DNA of 64,000 nucleotides from Saprospirales bacterium GYS_P2D. Its GTDB lineage: Bacteria; Bacteroidota; Bacteroidia; Chitinophagales; Saprospiraceae. Shown one piece after another: positions 46,819 through 57,970 of this stretch. The translations under genes were made by a program, and so were the position numbers. Positions within the stretch are counted from its first letter, which is position 1; each line of letters opens with the position of its first letter. The DNA lies in NCBI GenBank assembly GCA_009833045.1, contig WUUP01000001.1:49440-113439 (forward strand), read 5' to 3'. The notes beneath the pieces are model-generated. The model did not search any database. It was not told the DNA's origin and worked only from the letters and a program-made list of their open reading frames with translations.

Positions 46819-47559
46819 TTAAATAACTTTCGCCTCCTCTCTTAACAATCTCACGAGCTCATCCATATTCTCTGGATCTATCATTTTCACTCCTCCTTTT
46901 TCTGGAGGTAGAGAGTATGCAGTTACTGATACAGGAGCATCAGCAGCTGTAGCTGCTACTACTTCGAGTGGTTTTTTCTTAGCCATCATGATCCCTCGCA
47001 TATTAGGGATACGCTGCTCGGCTAATCCTTTAGCTGCACTAAGTACGAATGGGCCAGAAACCTCTACGACCTCTACTCCTCCCTCGATATCTCGAGTGAT
47101 CGTAGCAGTAGTGCCATCATGCTGTAGATCAGATGCATAGGATACGAATGGTAGATCTAAATATCCAGCGATCAACCCGCCTACTTCTGAACCATTAAAA
47201 TCAATTGTCTCTTTACCAGTGAAAATGGCATCAAATCCATTTGCTTTGGCATAATCAGCAATATTTTTAGCTACCATGACAGAATTAGTCGCTTCTGCAT
47301 CTATACGTACTGCTTTATCAGCACCTATAGCTAAGGCCTTACGGATTACTACATCATTAGCCGCTGGGCCTACATTAATCACAGTCACAGAACCACCATG
47401 CTTTTCTTTGAGCTCGATAGCTCTTACTAATGCATACCACTCATCGTAAGGATTCATGATAAACTGCACACCACTCTCATCAAACTTAGTATTGCCATCT
47501 GTAAAAGCAATCTTAGCTGTTGTTTCTGGTGTTTTACTTATACAAACTAAAAGATTCAT
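46819..47559 (-). CDS. etfB: electron transfer flavoprotein beta subunit
   Basis: 246 aa; ETF beta family. Confidence 0.85.
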   Translation of the reverse strand: MNLLVCISKTPETTAKIAFTDGNTKFDESGVQFIMNPYDEWYALVRAIELKEKHGGSVTVINVGPAANDVVIRKALAIGADKAVRIDAEATNSVMVAKNIADYAKANGFDAIFTGKETIDFNGSEVGGLIAGYLDLPFVSYASDLQHDGTTATITRDIEGGVEVVEVSGPFVLSAAKGLAEQRIPNMRGIMMAKKKPLEVVAATAADAPVSVTAYSLPPEKGGVKMIDPENMDELVRLLREEAKVI

Positions 47560-47651
47560 TTATTTTGCGTTTTCTATTTTTGTAAAACGGTAAAAATTTA
47601 ACTCCGGGTTTAATTTCTACAAAAGTAAGATATAAACAATCCCATGGAAAG

Positions 47652-47975
47652 ATGGATAATTGGCGTATAAATCACCTATTCTCACTACTTAAAGAAGATC
47701 CAAAAGACGAATTTGTTCACTTCGCTATAGCGCAAGAATACAATAAGAACGAAGCGTACGATAAGGCTATTGAGTACTATGAGAAATTAAAAGAACTCAA
47801 CCAGCAATATGTGGGCCTCTACTATCATCTCGCTGCTACCTATGCTGAGATAGAAGAAGAGGAAAAAGCGCTAAAAACCTACGAAGAAGGTATCATAATC
47901 GCTAATGCGCTCAAAGACCTGCACGCACTGAGCGAGCTGAAAAATGCTAAACTGAACTACGAAATGGAACTATAA
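47652..47975 (+). CDS. small TPR-like protein
   Basis: 107 aa; helical repeat (AIAQEYNKNEAYDKAIEYYEKL). Confidence 0.4.
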   Translation: MDNWRINHLFSLLKEDPKDEFVHFAIAQEYNKNEAYDKAIEYYEKLKELNQQYVGLYYHLAATYAEIEEEEKALKTYEEGIIIANALKDLHALSELKNAKLNYEMEL

Positions 47976-48758
47976 CTCAATATTCCCTTCAAAGACTTTC
48001 TGAGCCTCACCAATCAACCATATATCCTCGAATCCAACAGGTGATTTTTTGAATCGCACTTTGAGCTTGCCACCTTTCGTCACTATATTTATTTCGGATC
48101 TATCTCTAAAATCCTCAATCTCTCGTGAAGCCACCAATGCCGCAGCTGTCACCCCAGTGCCACAAGAAAGCGTCTCATCCTCAACACCACGCTCATAAGT
48201 CCTCACATCGAGATGATCCTCATGTTGCTGTATAAAATTGACATTTATACCTTCTTCTGCGAAAGGAGCTCCATATCGTATTTCTTTAGCCAGCGGCATT
48301 ATGTCTGTACTCATAACTTCTGACTGTAGACGGACATAATGAGGTGACCCTGTGTCAAGGACAAAATCTGATTCATGTTCACGGATTTTGGATACATTAC
48401 CCATCTTAAGTGAGATGATGTTACCCGTTTTGACCTCCGCATCATGCAATCCATCTACTGCCTCAAAAGTGCACCTTTCTTTGAATAGACCCAGACTATA
48501 TGCCAAATGTACAATAGCTCTGCCGCCATTGCCACACATCGTAGAAGTGCGGCCATCAGAATTATAATAGATCATTTTAAAATCGCTCCTATTTGACTTC
48601 TCCAAGATCATCAAGCCATCTGCTCCGATACCAAATTTTCGGTGGCATAGTTTAGCTACTAATTCTTCTGAGGGCTCCTGCAGGTAAGGTATTAACTGTT
48701 GATTAATAATCACAAAATCATTGCCCGTAGCTTGATATTTATAAAATGGAAGTCTCAT
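47970..48758 (-). CDS. dapF: diaminopimelate epimerase
   Basis: 262 aa; YQATGNDFVIIN, NSDGRTSTMCGNG and SCGTGVTA active-site Cys motifs. Confidence 0.85.
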   Translation of the reverse strand: MRLPFYKYQATGNDFVIINQQLIPYLQEPSEELVAKLCHRKFGIGADGLMILEKSNRSDFKMIYYNSDGRTSTMCGNGGRAIVHLAYSLGLFKERCTFEAVDGLHDAEVKTGNIISLKMGNVSKIREHESDFVLDTGSPHYVRLQSEVMSTDIMPLAKEIRYGAPFAEEGINVNFIQQHEDHLDVRTYERGVEDETLSCGTGVTAAALVASREIEDFRDRSEINIVTKGGKLKVRFKKSPVGFEDIWLIGEAQKVFEGNIEL

Positions 48759-48902
48759 AATTCTTTTTCAAAAATGGCCCGCAAAAGTACAGTATTTAAG
48801 ATATTCCCGTTTGAATAATATTACTCATAGCCCCACCGATCCGTAGACTTTTTGCTCCGAAAGAAATAGAATACATATGTTTGTTATATAAAGAAATCGA
48901 GA

Positions 48903-50744
48903 GTGCTTAAATTTTTATCCAATAATCCATATTTCAATGCTATTCGCAATATCAAGTCCGTCTTGGACCCCGATCAAAAGCGGAGATCTATTGGAATGAT
49001 CGGACTCATGCTCCTCAATGCATTCTTTGACGTACTCAGCATGGTAGTCGTGCTCGGTATGATCACTACTGCTCTCAAAGGTGGAGCGATCACTCGAGAA
49101 AGCTATACTCGAGCTGATGCATCGAATATGGGCGAGTATATCTTCAATTCGATTTTGAGATTCTTTTACCAAATCACTGGTGCAGAGTCAGAGATCGGAC
49201 TTTTGTTTTTCCTTTCCTTTTTGATATTTCTGACATTCATGGTCAAGAATGCTGTGTCGCTCTACATCAACTATATTCAAAATAGATTTGCTTATAACAT
49301 CTCACTCCGGCTCAACAAGAAGATGTTCAGGAGATACTATGACCAAGGATATTTATTCATCCAAGACAGCACCTCAGGAAAGAATGTATACAAGATCGTA
49401 GATATCCCAATGAGATTTGCTCAGCAATATCTCATGCAAGCTTTCTTTTTCAGCACAGAATTAGTGGTAATAGCCATCCTATGTATTGGATTATTCTTTT
49501 ATAAACCTGGAGCGATCCTGTTGTTAATGGCCGTAATAGCACCCGTGTTTTTAGGGATATACTCCTACAGCAAAAATAAAATCAAAGATATAGGTTACGA
49601 GCGGAACAAACTCCTACCCATCAATTACTCAAAGGTCATAGAGGCTATGAAAGGATATGTGGATATTAAGCTATCCAATAAAGAATCTAAATCTCTCGAT
49701 AGATACGTCGAAAGCCAAAAGTATCTGAACTCTGTAGACACCTATTATTTTGGCGTTTATAACAAGATCCACCAAAAGACCAATGATATCATTTTCGGAC
49801 TTGGCATATTTGTGATTTTCGGTTATGCATATTTCACTGGCATGACCAAAGAAACCGTTCTTTTACTGCTGGGGTTCTTTGCCATTGCAGCCTATAAAAT
49901 ACTGCCTGCAGTAAATAGAATGATGAATTCAATTTTGGGCATAAAAAATCACTCATATGTCATAGATGAGCTACAAGAGGTGGTGGGTATGTCCTTAGAA
50001 GAATTTGAGACCTACCCTCAGCTTGATTTCCATGAGCATATAAAGCTCAAGGATGTATCCTTTACATATCCAGAATCTCGTCAAATCGTACTTGATAAGA
50101 TAAACCTGAGTATCAATCGGGGTGAAAGTATAGGTATTATCGGCGAGTCTGGGTCTGGAAAATCTACCTTGCTTAAAATCCTTTTGCGATTAATTAGAGA
50201 ATCTTCTGGCGAGTTTAGGGTAGATGATAATACTCTTTTGAATCTGAATGACGATTCCTCATTTCAAAAAAATATAGGTTACGTAGCTCAAGATATATTT
50301 ATACTGAATGGTACACTCAGAGAGAATATCGCTTTTGGCGAAGTAGAAGTTGATGCTGAACGCCTCGAATATGCTATTCGTGAATCTCAGTTGGCAAAAT
50401 TTGTCTCTGAGCAAGAACTCGGCCTGGATATGCATCTTGGCGAAGGCGGAGTAAAACTAAGTGGAGGCCAAAAACAAAGAGTAGGCATAGCTCGAGCGCT
50501 GTATAAGAACGCTGAGATTTTAGTATTTGATGAAGTAACGAGTGCTCTTGATCCAGAGACTGAAAAAGCAATCGTGGAGAGCATCAATCACATAGCGACT
50601 TTAGGCAAAACGATCATCATCGTAGCGCATCGAATCACAACACTCGAAAAGTGTGATCGTATCATAGAGTTGGAGCATGGCAAGATTGTCAGAGAGCCGA
50701 AGTATTCGGAATTAATAAAAGAATTAGTGGAAATAAATGGCTAA
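48903..50744 (+). CDS. fused ABC exporter (6-TM domain + NBD), candidate glycan/lipid-linked oligosaccharide flippase
   Basis: 613 aa; Walker [10 protein letters not shown], signature [15 protein letters not shown], Walker B ILVFDE; stop overlaps the gmd start. Confidence 0.8.
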   Translation: MLKFLSNNPYFNAIRNIKSVLDPDQKRRSIGMIGLMLLNAFFDVLSMVVVLGMITTALKGGAITRESYTRADASNMGEYIFNSILRFFYQITGAESEIGLLFFLSFLIFLTFMVKNAVSLYINYIQNRFAYNISLRLNKKMFRRYYDQGYLFIQDSTSGKNVYKIVDIPMRFAQQYLMQAFFFSTELVVIAILCIGLFFYKPGAILLLMAVIAPVFLGIYSYSKNKIKDIGYERNKLLPINYSKVIEAMKGYVDIKLSNKESKSLDRYVESQKYLNSVDTYYFGVYNKIHQKTNDIIFGLGIFVIFGYAYFTGMTKETVLLLLGFFAIAAYKILPAVNRMMNSILGIKNHSYVIDELQEVVGMSLEEFETYPQLDFHEHIKLKDVSFTYPESRQIVLDKINLSINRGESIGIIGESGSGKSTLLKILLRLIRESSGEFRVDDNTLLNLNDDSSFQKNIGYVAQDIFILNGTLRENIAFGEVEVDAERLEYAIRESQLAKFVSEQELGLDMHLGEGGVKLSGGQKQRVGIARALYKNAEILVFDEVTSALDPETEKAIVESINHIATLGKTIIIVAHRITTLEKCDRIIELEHGKIVREPKYSELIKELVEING

Positions 50745-51852
50745 GAAGGCATTAATAACGGGTGTAACAGGACAGGACGGAGCCTATTTATCAGAATTGC
50801 TGCTAAGTAAAGGCTACGAAGTCCATGGTATCAAAAGAAGAAGTTCATTGTTCAATACAGGACGAATAGATCATCTCTATCAAGATCCTCATGAGTCAGA
50901 AATTAGATTTAAACTGCATTATGGGGATCTGACGGACTCATCTAACATCATCAGAATCATCCAAGAAGTGAAGCCTGACGAGATATATAATCTTGGTGCA
51001 ATGTCCCATGTCAAAGTCAGCTTTGATAGTCCAGAATATACCGCAGACGTTGACGGCCTGGGCACTCTGAGGATACTGGAAGCCGTGAGATTATTAGGCT
51101 TGAGCCAAAAGACAAAAATCTATCAAGCCTCTACTTCAGAGCTATATGGATTAGTCCAAGCAGTCCCTCAGTCAGAGACTACTCCGTTTTATCCACGCTC
51201 GCCATACGGTGTAGCCAAACTCTATGCCTACTGGATTACTGTCAACTATCGTGAAGCATATGACATGTATGCTTGTAATGGTATTCTATTCAATCATGAG
51301 AGCCCACTCAGGGGAGAAACCTTTGTGACCCGTAAAATCACCCGAGCTGTAGCCAAAATTGCGCTGGGACTACAGGACACCGTATATCTTGGCAATCTCG
51401 ACGCTAAGAGAGACTGGGGACATGCGAAAGATTATGTCAGAGGTATGTGGCTCATGCTCCAACAAGAAAGGGCTGTAGACTATGTCCTCTCTACAGGTAC
51501 TACTACCACTATCCGAGACTTTTGCATTAAGGCTTTCAGGGAAATAGGAGTTGAATTGAAATTCGAAGGAAAAGGTGAGGATGAAATAGCTAAAGTCGCC
51601 AAATCTACTAATCAAGAATATCCTGTAGAAATCGGTCAAACAGTCATCGCTGTAGATCCTAACTACTATCGTCCCACGGAGGTGGATCTACTCATAGGTG
51701 ATAGCACCAAAGCTAAAATTGAACTGGGCTGGGAGCCAGAGTACGATCTCGATGCATTGATCAATGAAATGGTACTATCCGATCTTGAACTCTTCACCAA
51801 AGACAAACTCCTCAAAGATCACGGATTTGAAATAAAAAGAGAACATGAATAA
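50737..51852 (+). CDS. gmd: GDP-mannose 4,6-dehydratase
   Basis: 371 aa; [20 protein letters not shown], YxxxK SDR motif. Confidence 0.9.
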   Translation: MAKKALITGVTGQDGAYLSELLLSKGYEVHGIKRRSSLFNTGRIDHLYQDPHESEIRFKLHYGDLTDSSNIIRIIQEVKPDEIYNLGAMSHVKVSFDSPEYTADVDGLGTLRILEAVRLLGLSQKTKIYQASTSELYGLVQAVPQSETTPFYPRSPYGVAKLYAYWITVNYREAYDMYACNGILFNHESPLRGETFVTRKITRAVAKIALGLQDTVYLGNLDAKRDWGHAKDYVRGMWLMLQQERAVDYVLSTGTTTTIRDFCIKAFREIGVELKFEGKGEDEIAKVAKSTNQEYPVEIGQTVIAVDPNYYRPTEVDLLIGDSTKAKIELGWEPEYDLDALINEMVLSDLELFTKDKLLKDHGFEIKREHE

Positions 51853-52786
51853 GAGTGACAAAATATACATCGCAGGACACCGAGGAATGGTCGGTTCTGC
51901 CATCCGTAGAAAATTAGAATCCTTGGGCTACGACAATCTGATTTTTAAGACCAGTTCAGAGTTGGACTTAAGAGATCAAAACTCAGTTAAAGAGTTCTTT
52001 GAGGAAGAAAAACCCTATTATGTATTTGTCGCATCAGCCAAAGTCGGTGGCATTCACGCAAATAATACGTATCGGGCTGACTTTCTGTATGACAACTTGA
52101 TGATACAAAATAATATCATCCATCAGAGCCACAAGCATGGTGTCAAAAAACTACTCTTTTTAGGATCGTCATGTATATATCCTAAGCTCGCTCCGCAGCC
52201 TATCAAAGAAGAGCACCTACTCACTGGTCTCCTCGAACCGACCAATGAACCATATGCCATCGCTAAAATATCAGGCATCAAGATGTGTGAAGCATATAGA
52301 GATCAGTATGGTTGCAACTTCATATCGGCTATGCCTACTAATCTATATGGACCGAATGACAACTATGATCTGAAGAATAGTCATGTTCTACCTGCACTGC
52401 TTCGAAAATTCATAGAGGCAAAGAGGGACAAGCAAGAAGAAGTGGTGATGTGGGGAACAGGCTCACCACTCAGAGAATTTATGCATGTTGATGATCTAGC
52501 AGACGCATTGATCTATCTCATGGAGCACTATGATGAAAGAGAATTTGTGAATGTAGGTAGCGGCGAAGAGATCAGTATAAAAGAACTCGCTGAAACTATC
52601 AAAAAAGTAGTGGGATACGAAGGAAAAATAACAAACGACCTATCAAAGCCAGATGGTACGCCAAGAAAACTAATGGATAGTACCAGACTGAAAAATCATG
52701 GCTGGACAGCTAAAATCAATCTGGAGGATGGAATCCGAATGGTTTATGACGATATAAAAGATAAAGATTGGAGCATGAATCTATAG
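51845..52786 (+). CDS. fcl: GDP-L-fucose synthase (GDP-4-keto-6-deoxymannose 3,5-epimerase/4-reductase)
   Basis: 313 aa; [15 protein letters not shown] Rossmann, SDR YAIAK. Confidence 0.85.
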   Translation: MNKSDKIYIAGHRGMVGSAIRRKLESLGYDNLIFKTSSELDLRDQNSVKEFFEEEKPYYVFVASAKVGGIHANNTYRADFLYDNLMIQNNIIHQSHKHGVKKLLFLGSSCIYPKLAPQPIKEEHLLTGLLEPTNEPYAIAKISGIKMCEAYRDQYGCNFISAMPTNLYGPNDNYDLKNSHVLPALLRKFIEAKRDKQEEVVMWGTGSPLREFMHVDDLADALIYLMEHYDEREFVNVGSGEEISIKELAETIKKVVGYEGKITNDLSKPDGTPRKLMDSTRLKNHGWTAKINLEDGIRMVYDDIKDKDWSMNL

Positions 52787-54066
52787 CAAAAAGTAATAGT
52801 CCTATAATAGCCATCATTGGTTTAGGCTATGTAGGATTACCTCTGAGCATAGCTCTATCAGAGCACTATAGTGTTATCGGATTTGATATTAATTCTACTC
52901 GTATCGAATCATTGCATCGTCATATCGATCTCAATAGAGAAATACCTACATCTATTCTCCAATCATCAAAAATCCAGTTTACAAATAATAAAGAGGATCT
53001 TAAAAAGGCCAATATCTATATAATAGCTGTGCCTACTGATATTGATGCAGATGACAGTCCTGACCTTTCGTATCTGATCAAAGCCAGCGAGATGGTAGGA
53101 GGATTAATTTCTCATGGGGATATAGTCATCTATGAATCGACCGTATATCCTGGGTGTACAGAGGAAGTTTGTCTGCCCATTTTAGAAGAGTTATCCGGAT
53201 TAAAGTCTCCGATTGAATTTAGCATTTCATACTCTCCTGAGCGGATAGTACCAGGCGAGCTAATGGAAAGCTTAAAATCCTCAATCAAAATAATAGGATC
53301 TCAAAATGACGCCACTTCTCTAAGTGTAAAATCAATCTACGATTCTTTCTTATATCATGAAGCTCAAATCGTATCGAGCATTATGGTAGCAGAAGCCGCA
53401 AAAGTGGTCGAGAATACTCAGCGTGACATTAATATCTCATTGATCAATGAGCTATCCGTGATATTTGATAAGATCGGAATATCCACCCATGAAGTCATAG
53501 AGGCGGCAAGTACTAAATGGAATTTTCATCCATACTCTCCGGGCTTAGTGGGAGGACATTGTATCAGTGTGGATCCTTTTTATCTGATACACAAGGCTAA
53601 AAAGGTAGGACATCTACCACAGGTCATCGCTGCTGGACGGAGAGTCAATGAATATATCCCGAAGCACATAGCTACTAAAGTCACTCAAGAGCTAATCAAG
53701 CAGGGAAAAAATCCTGGAAACACAAAGGTCCTAGTCATGGGATTAGCATTCAAAGAGAACGTCAGTGATATCAGGAATAGCAAAGTGATAGATCTCATGA
53801 ACTATCTAAATGACTATTCTATCTGCATCGATACGCTCGATCCACATGTAGCAAGCTATCAAAATAGTCGAAATCACTATGCGCAGATCTCCGATATTAG
53901 GGCTGAATATGATGCCATCATATTGTGTGTAGCTCATGATGAGTTTAAAGACTTGAGTGAACAATGGTTTGAAAAGGTCAGTATAGGTGCCACCACTCTC
54001 TTTGATGTCAAAGGAATATACCGGAAACAGCTTACCGATGAATCCATCAAATACTGGACACTGTGA
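52768..54066 (+). CDS. UDP-N-acetyl-D-glucosamine 6-dehydrogenase-like nucleotide-sugar dehydrogenase (WbpA-like)
   Basis: 432 aa; [12 protein letters not shown] Rossmann, catalytic Cys region GGHCISVDP. Confidence 0.8.
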   Translation: MEHESIAKSNSPIIAIIGLGYVGLPLSIALSEHYSVIGFDINSTRIESLHRHIDLNREIPTSILQSSKIQFTNNKEDLKKANIYIIAVPTDIDADDSPDLSYLIKASEMVGGLISHGDIVIYESTVYPGCTEEVCLPILEELSGLKSPIEFSISYSPERIVPGELMESLKSSIKIIGSQNDATSLSVKSIYDSFLYHEAQIVSSIMVAEAAKVVENTQRDINISLINELSVIFDKIGISTHEVIEAASTKWNFHPYSPGLVGGHCISVDPFYLIHKAKKVGHLPQVIAAGRRVNEYIPKHIATKVTQELIKQGKNPGNTKVLVMGLAFKENVSDIRNSKVIDLMNYLNDYSICIDTLDPHVASYQNSRNHYAQISDIRAEYDAIILCVAHDEFKDLSEQWFEKVSIGATTLFDVKGIYRKQLTDESIKYWTL

Positions 54067-55157
54067 TAGTCAAAATGGCATATCTCGATCGTGAATACCA
54101 ATCTATCAAAGGCGAAATAGATAAAGCTTGGGAGGTAACTGTGCGGAATGGTCAATTTATCGGAGGCGATGCAGTGAACGCCTTTGAATCACAATTGTCA
54201 AAGTACCTATCAGATTCTTACATCGTGAGCTGTGCCAATGGCACAGATGCCTTATTGGCAGCATATTTAGCACTTGACATCAATGCAGGAGACGAAGTCA
54301 TTATGCCAGCATATGGCTATATATCTGCCTATGAGATGTGTAAATTAATCGGTGCGATACCGGTACTTGTAGACATTAATGATTACTACCTCATTGATGT
54401 CAAACAAATCGAAAATAAAATCTCCTCAAAAACTAAAGCTATAGTTGTTCAACACTTGTTTGGACAAGTAGCCAATATGGATCCAATACTTGAGCTAAGA
54501 AATAGGTATAGTATTAAGATAATCGAAGACACTGCACAGTCCATCGGGAGTAATTATCGATGGAAAATGGCTGGCACCATTGGTGATATTGGCACTCTTT
54601 CTTTTTTCCCAACCAAGAATTTAGGGTGCTATGGCGACGGCGGAGCTATCATCACGAATTCGCAAGAAATGGTGGCAAGCTTATCGCAAATCTGCAAGCA
54701 TGGGCAATCAAAAAAATATAACCATGAAAGAATAGGAATGAACAGTCGTCTGGATACGCTGCAAGCCAGTATTCTTTCTGCAAAGCTGCCGCATTTATCA
54801 AAATGGAACGCTCGAAGAACGTCAATTGCTCAAATCTATTCCGAGTCATTCGCCTCGCTGGAGAATATCGCTACGCCATCCATAGCGACCGACTCTACAC
54901 ATACCTATCATCAATATACCATAAAGACCCAGCAAAGAGATCAGCTACAGGCTTATCTCAAAAAGCGAGGTATACAATCTACCATATACTACCCCAAGCC
55001 CATTCATGAGCAAAGAATTCACCAACCTGAAGGCAGCTATCCGATGAGCGAAAGAATGGCCTGCGAATCATTGTCGTTGCCTATATCACCATTTTTAAAG
55101 TATGAAGAAATAGAGATGGTAATTAAATCAATAGTAAACTGGTCAAGAAATGAATGA
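54063..55157 (+). CDS. DegT/DnrJ/EryC1/StrS-family PLP-dependent sugar aminotransferase (WbpE-like)
   Basis: 364 aa; family-typical architecture incl. SFFPTKNLG Lys region. Confidence 0.8.
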   Translation: MIVKMAYLDREYQSIKGEIDKAWEVTVRNGQFIGGDAVNAFESQLSKYLSDSYIVSCANGTDALLAAYLALDINAGDEVIMPAYGYISAYEMCKLIGAIPVLVDINDYYLIDVKQIENKISSKTKAIVVQHLFGQVANMDPILELRNRYSIKIIEDTAQSIGSNYRWKMAGTIGDIGTLSFFPTKNLGCYGDGGAIITNSQEMVASLSQICKHGQSKKYNHERIGMNSRLDTLQASILSAKLPHLSKWNARRTSIAQIYSESFASLENIATPSIATDSTHTYHQYTIKTQQRDQLQAYLKKRGIQSTIYYPKPIHEQRIHQPEGSYPMSERMACESLSLPISPFLKYEEIEMVIKSIVNWSRNE

Positions 55158-55632
55158 TTACTACGTACATGAGTCAAGTATCATTGATGAGGGAGCAATC
55201 ATAGGTACAGGCACTAAAATTTGGCATTATTGCCATGTTTCCTCAACTGCAACGATCGGAAAGAATTGTGTTCTGGGTCAAAATGTATATATAGGCCCCA
55301 ATGTGGTCATAGGAAATGGAGTGAAAATCCAAAACAACGTTTCCGTATATGACGGTGTGACTATAGAAGACGATGTATTTATCGGTCCATCTGTAGTGTT
55401 CACTAATGTTATGCTTCCTCGAGCAAACAAGAATCAAAAAGACTGTTTCCAGCCTACTTTAATTAAAAATGGAGCAAGTATCGGCGCCAATACTACCATA
55501 ATATGTGGTAATACTATAGGAAGTGATAGCTTCATAGGTGCTGGCAGCGTAGTCACCAAGGACATCCTCGCTGGAGAAATCTGGTATGGTAATCCCGCCG
55601 TATATCAAGGCAAAGTAGATCAATCGAGATAG
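55150..55632 (+). CDS. hexapeptide-repeat sugar N-acetyltransferase (WbpD-like)
   Basis: 160 aa; left-handed beta-helix hexapeptide repeats. Confidence 0.7.
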   Translation: MNDYYVHESSIIDEGAIIGTGTKIWHYCHVSSTATIGKNCVLGQNVYIGPNVVIGNGVKIQNNVSVYDGVTIEDDVFIGPSVVFTNVMLPRANKNQKDCFQPTLIKNGASIGANTTIICGNTIGSDSFIGAGSVVTKDILAGEIWYGNPAVYQGKVDQSR

Positions 55633-55660
55633 TTTGAATACATATTAGTATTATTGTGAT

Positions 55661-56455
55661 ATGAAAACCTACGCCTTGATAGGAGCTGCAGGCTATATAG
55701 CGCCGAGACATATGGCGGCGATCCGTGATACCGGAGGGCGCTTAGTAGCTGCATTAGATCCGCATGACAGCGTAGGTATTTTAGACAGCTACTTCCCGAA
55801 GTGCGATTTTTTCACAGAATTTGAGCGTTTTGATCGACATCTTGACAAGCTCCGTAGAAAGGGAGAAAAAGTAGACTATCTGGTCATCTGCTCTCCTAAC
55901 TACCTACATGATGCTCACTGCCGATATGGCCTGCGCAATGATATGGACGTCATCTGCGAAAAGCCGCTTGTCATCAATGAGTGGAACGAAGCACCACTGA
56001 GAGCACTAGAAAAAGAAACGGGACGAAAAATCAATGTGGTCATGCAGCTCCGCCTACATCAAGCTGTCAAAACGCTAAAAGAGCAAGTAGACACTGACCC
56101 ACCAGATAAAATATACGATGTCCAACTCACATATCATACTCCACGAGGCAACTGGTATCACCATAGCTGGAAGGGAGATATCAGCAAAAGTGGAGGCATC
56201 AAGCTAAATATCGGCATTCACTTTTTTGACATTTTGGAATGGATATTTGGCAAGAAAAAGAAAGAAGAAATATTTTTAGAAAATAATATCACAGCTCGAG
56301 GAAAATCGATCTACCAAAGAGCCAGCGTAAAATGGGATCTATCTATCGATCAAAATTTGACTAAGCAGAGGTCATTAACCGTTGATGGTGAGGAGGTAAA
56401 TTTTACTGAGGGATTTGAGGATCTGCATCGGGTGTGGTATGAGAAACATCTATAA
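55661..56455 (+). CDS. Gfo/Idh/MocA-family oxidoreductase (WbpB-like)
   Basis: 264 aa; N-terminal Rossmann YALIGAAGYIAPRH, EKP motif. Confidence 0.75.
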   Translation: MKTYALIGAAGYIAPRHMAAIRDTGGRLVAALDPHDSVGILDSYFPKCDFFTEFERFDRHLDKLRRKGEKVDYLVICSPNYLHDAHCRYGLRNDMDVICEKPLVINEWNEAPLRALEKETGRKINVVMQLRLHQAVKTLKEQVDTDPPDKIYDVQLTYHTPRGNWYHHSWKGDISKSGGIKLNIGIHFFDILEWIFGKKKKEEIFLENNITARGKSIYQRASVKWDLSIDQNLTKQRSLTVDGEEVNFTEGFEDLHRVWYEKHL

Positions 56456-56456
56456 A

Positions 56457-57212
56457 ATGTGGGAAAGATTACACAAATTTATATTGAGAAAACTAAATTA
56501 CGCTAATACCGATTTTGACTCTAATGGAGAGAATTGGTTATTACAAAGTCTACATAAATTGAGTAGCGATCCCCTCACGATATTTGATGTTGGGGCAAAT
56601 AAGGGTGATTACACTTTTTTATGCAATAGATCACTAACCATCCGCAATATTCCACATCAGATCTTTGCCTTCGAACCAAATAACGACAACTACGTCAAAT
56701 TGGTTGATAGATTTTCTGGCAATAAAGCAATACAAATTGAAAAGTATGGCATAGGAGAAAAAACAACAGAATCTGAATTAATCATTCCTTTAGAACGCAA
56801 TTCACTCGCCTCAATATTTTCTAGAGATATAGAGCATTTCAAATCGGACAATATTAGAATTGATAAAATTATGATCGAGTCAATCGACAACTTTATGAGT
56901 AACAACAGAATTCATAAAATAGATTTTTTAAAAATTGATATAGAAGGAAACGAATTATCCGCTATAAAAGGTGCTACAAAGGCATTAGATAATAAAAGAA
57001 TATCACTCATTCAATTCGAATTCGGTGGGACGATGATAGACTCAAGAACATTTTTCAGAGATATTTTTGATTTCTTAAATTCTAAGGGATATCGTCTTGG
57101 AAGATTAATGAAAAATAGAATTTATTGGTATGATAACTATTCTGAGATTTATGAACAATTTACATATGCTAACTATGTAGCATTACCTCAAAAATCACAC
57201 ATCACACTTTAA
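56457..57212 (+). CDS. FkbM-family methyltransferase
   Basis: 252 aa from ATG at 56457 (MWERL), 1 nt after the upstream TAA; DVGANKGD and KIDIEGNE motifs; the ORF track extends it to 56415. Confidence 0.6.
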   Translation: MWERLHKFILRKLNYANTDFDSNGENWLLQSLHKLSSDPLTIFDVGANKGDYTFLCNRSLTIRNIPHQIFAFEPNNDNYVKLVDRFSGNKAIQIEKYGIGEKTTESELIIPLERNSLASIFSRDIEHFKSDNIRIDKIMIESIDNFMSNNRIHKIDFLKIDIEGNELSAIKGATKALDNKRISLIQFEFGGTMIDSRTFFRDIFDFLNSKGYRLGRLMKNRIYWYDNYSEIYEQFTYANYVALPQKSHITL

Positions 57213-57221
57213 ACTTTCATC

Positions 57222-57968
57222 ATGCTAATTTCACTAACCCATCTCTTAACTAAATATGATCTAAACCCTCAAGGAATACTCCATCTAGGAGCACATATTG
57301 GGCAAGAAACCAAAGTTTATCAAGAAAACAATATTCACAACGTAATTTGGATTGAAGGTAATGAAAAGGTCTACAAAAAGCTTATTAGCAATCTCAATAA
57401 GGTTAAAGGAAACAAGTTCTACAATATTCTAATTTCGGATATTGACAATGTAGAATTAGAATATCACCTCACCAATAATGAAGAATCAAGTTCAATTCTT
57501 GAGCTTAAAGACCATAAAATATTCCATCCTAAAGTAATTCATACTGAAACAATACTTCAAAAAGCGAGGAGGTTAGATATTTATTTCAAAGAGAATCAAA
57601 TTGATATTTCATCATTTGATTTTTTAAATATTGATCTTCAAGGGGCCGAACTTATTGCGTTAGAAAGTCTTGGAGAATACCTTAGTAATTTCAAATACAT
57701 ATATCTCGAAGTAAATACCGGTTCACTTTATAAAGACTGCCCGAAACTATCTTTCATAGATAAATACTTAGGTGAGAAAGGTTTTATAAGAAAAGTAATG
57801 AAACTAACCAAACATGGATGGGGTGATGCGTTTTATATTAAAGAGGATTTTGATCATTCTACCCTATTATACAATGTCGCCGAAGCAAAAAAGCAAGAGA
57901 GGTATTTTAAGTACAAAAAATTACTTGCTCAAGTTAAAGCACCTATTAAAAGACTTTTCTCCAATTAA
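57222..57968 (+). CDS. FkbM-family methyltransferase (second copy)
   Basis: 248 aa; LGAHIGQET, NIDLQGAELIALES. Confidence 0.55.
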   Translation: MLISLTHLLTKYDLNPQGILHLGAHIGQETKVYQENNIHNVIWIEGNEKVYKKLISNLNKVKGNKFYNILISDIDNVELEYHLTNNEESSSILELKDHKIFHPKVIHTETILQKARRLDIYFKENQIDISSFDFLNIDLQGAELIALESLGEYLSNFKYIYLEVNTGSLYKDCPKLSFIDKYLGEKGFIRKVMKLTKHGWGDAFYIKEDFDHSTLLYNVAEAKKQERYFKYKKLLAQVKAPIKRLFSN

Positions 57969-57970
57969 AT

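Noticed and set aside
56415-56456. Upstream start of the first FkbM methyltransferase overlapping the oxidoreductase by 41 nt
   Set aside because: An ATG (56457) sits 1 nt after the upstream stop and gives a conventional coupled arrangement. The extension (MRICIGCGM...) is unconvincing.
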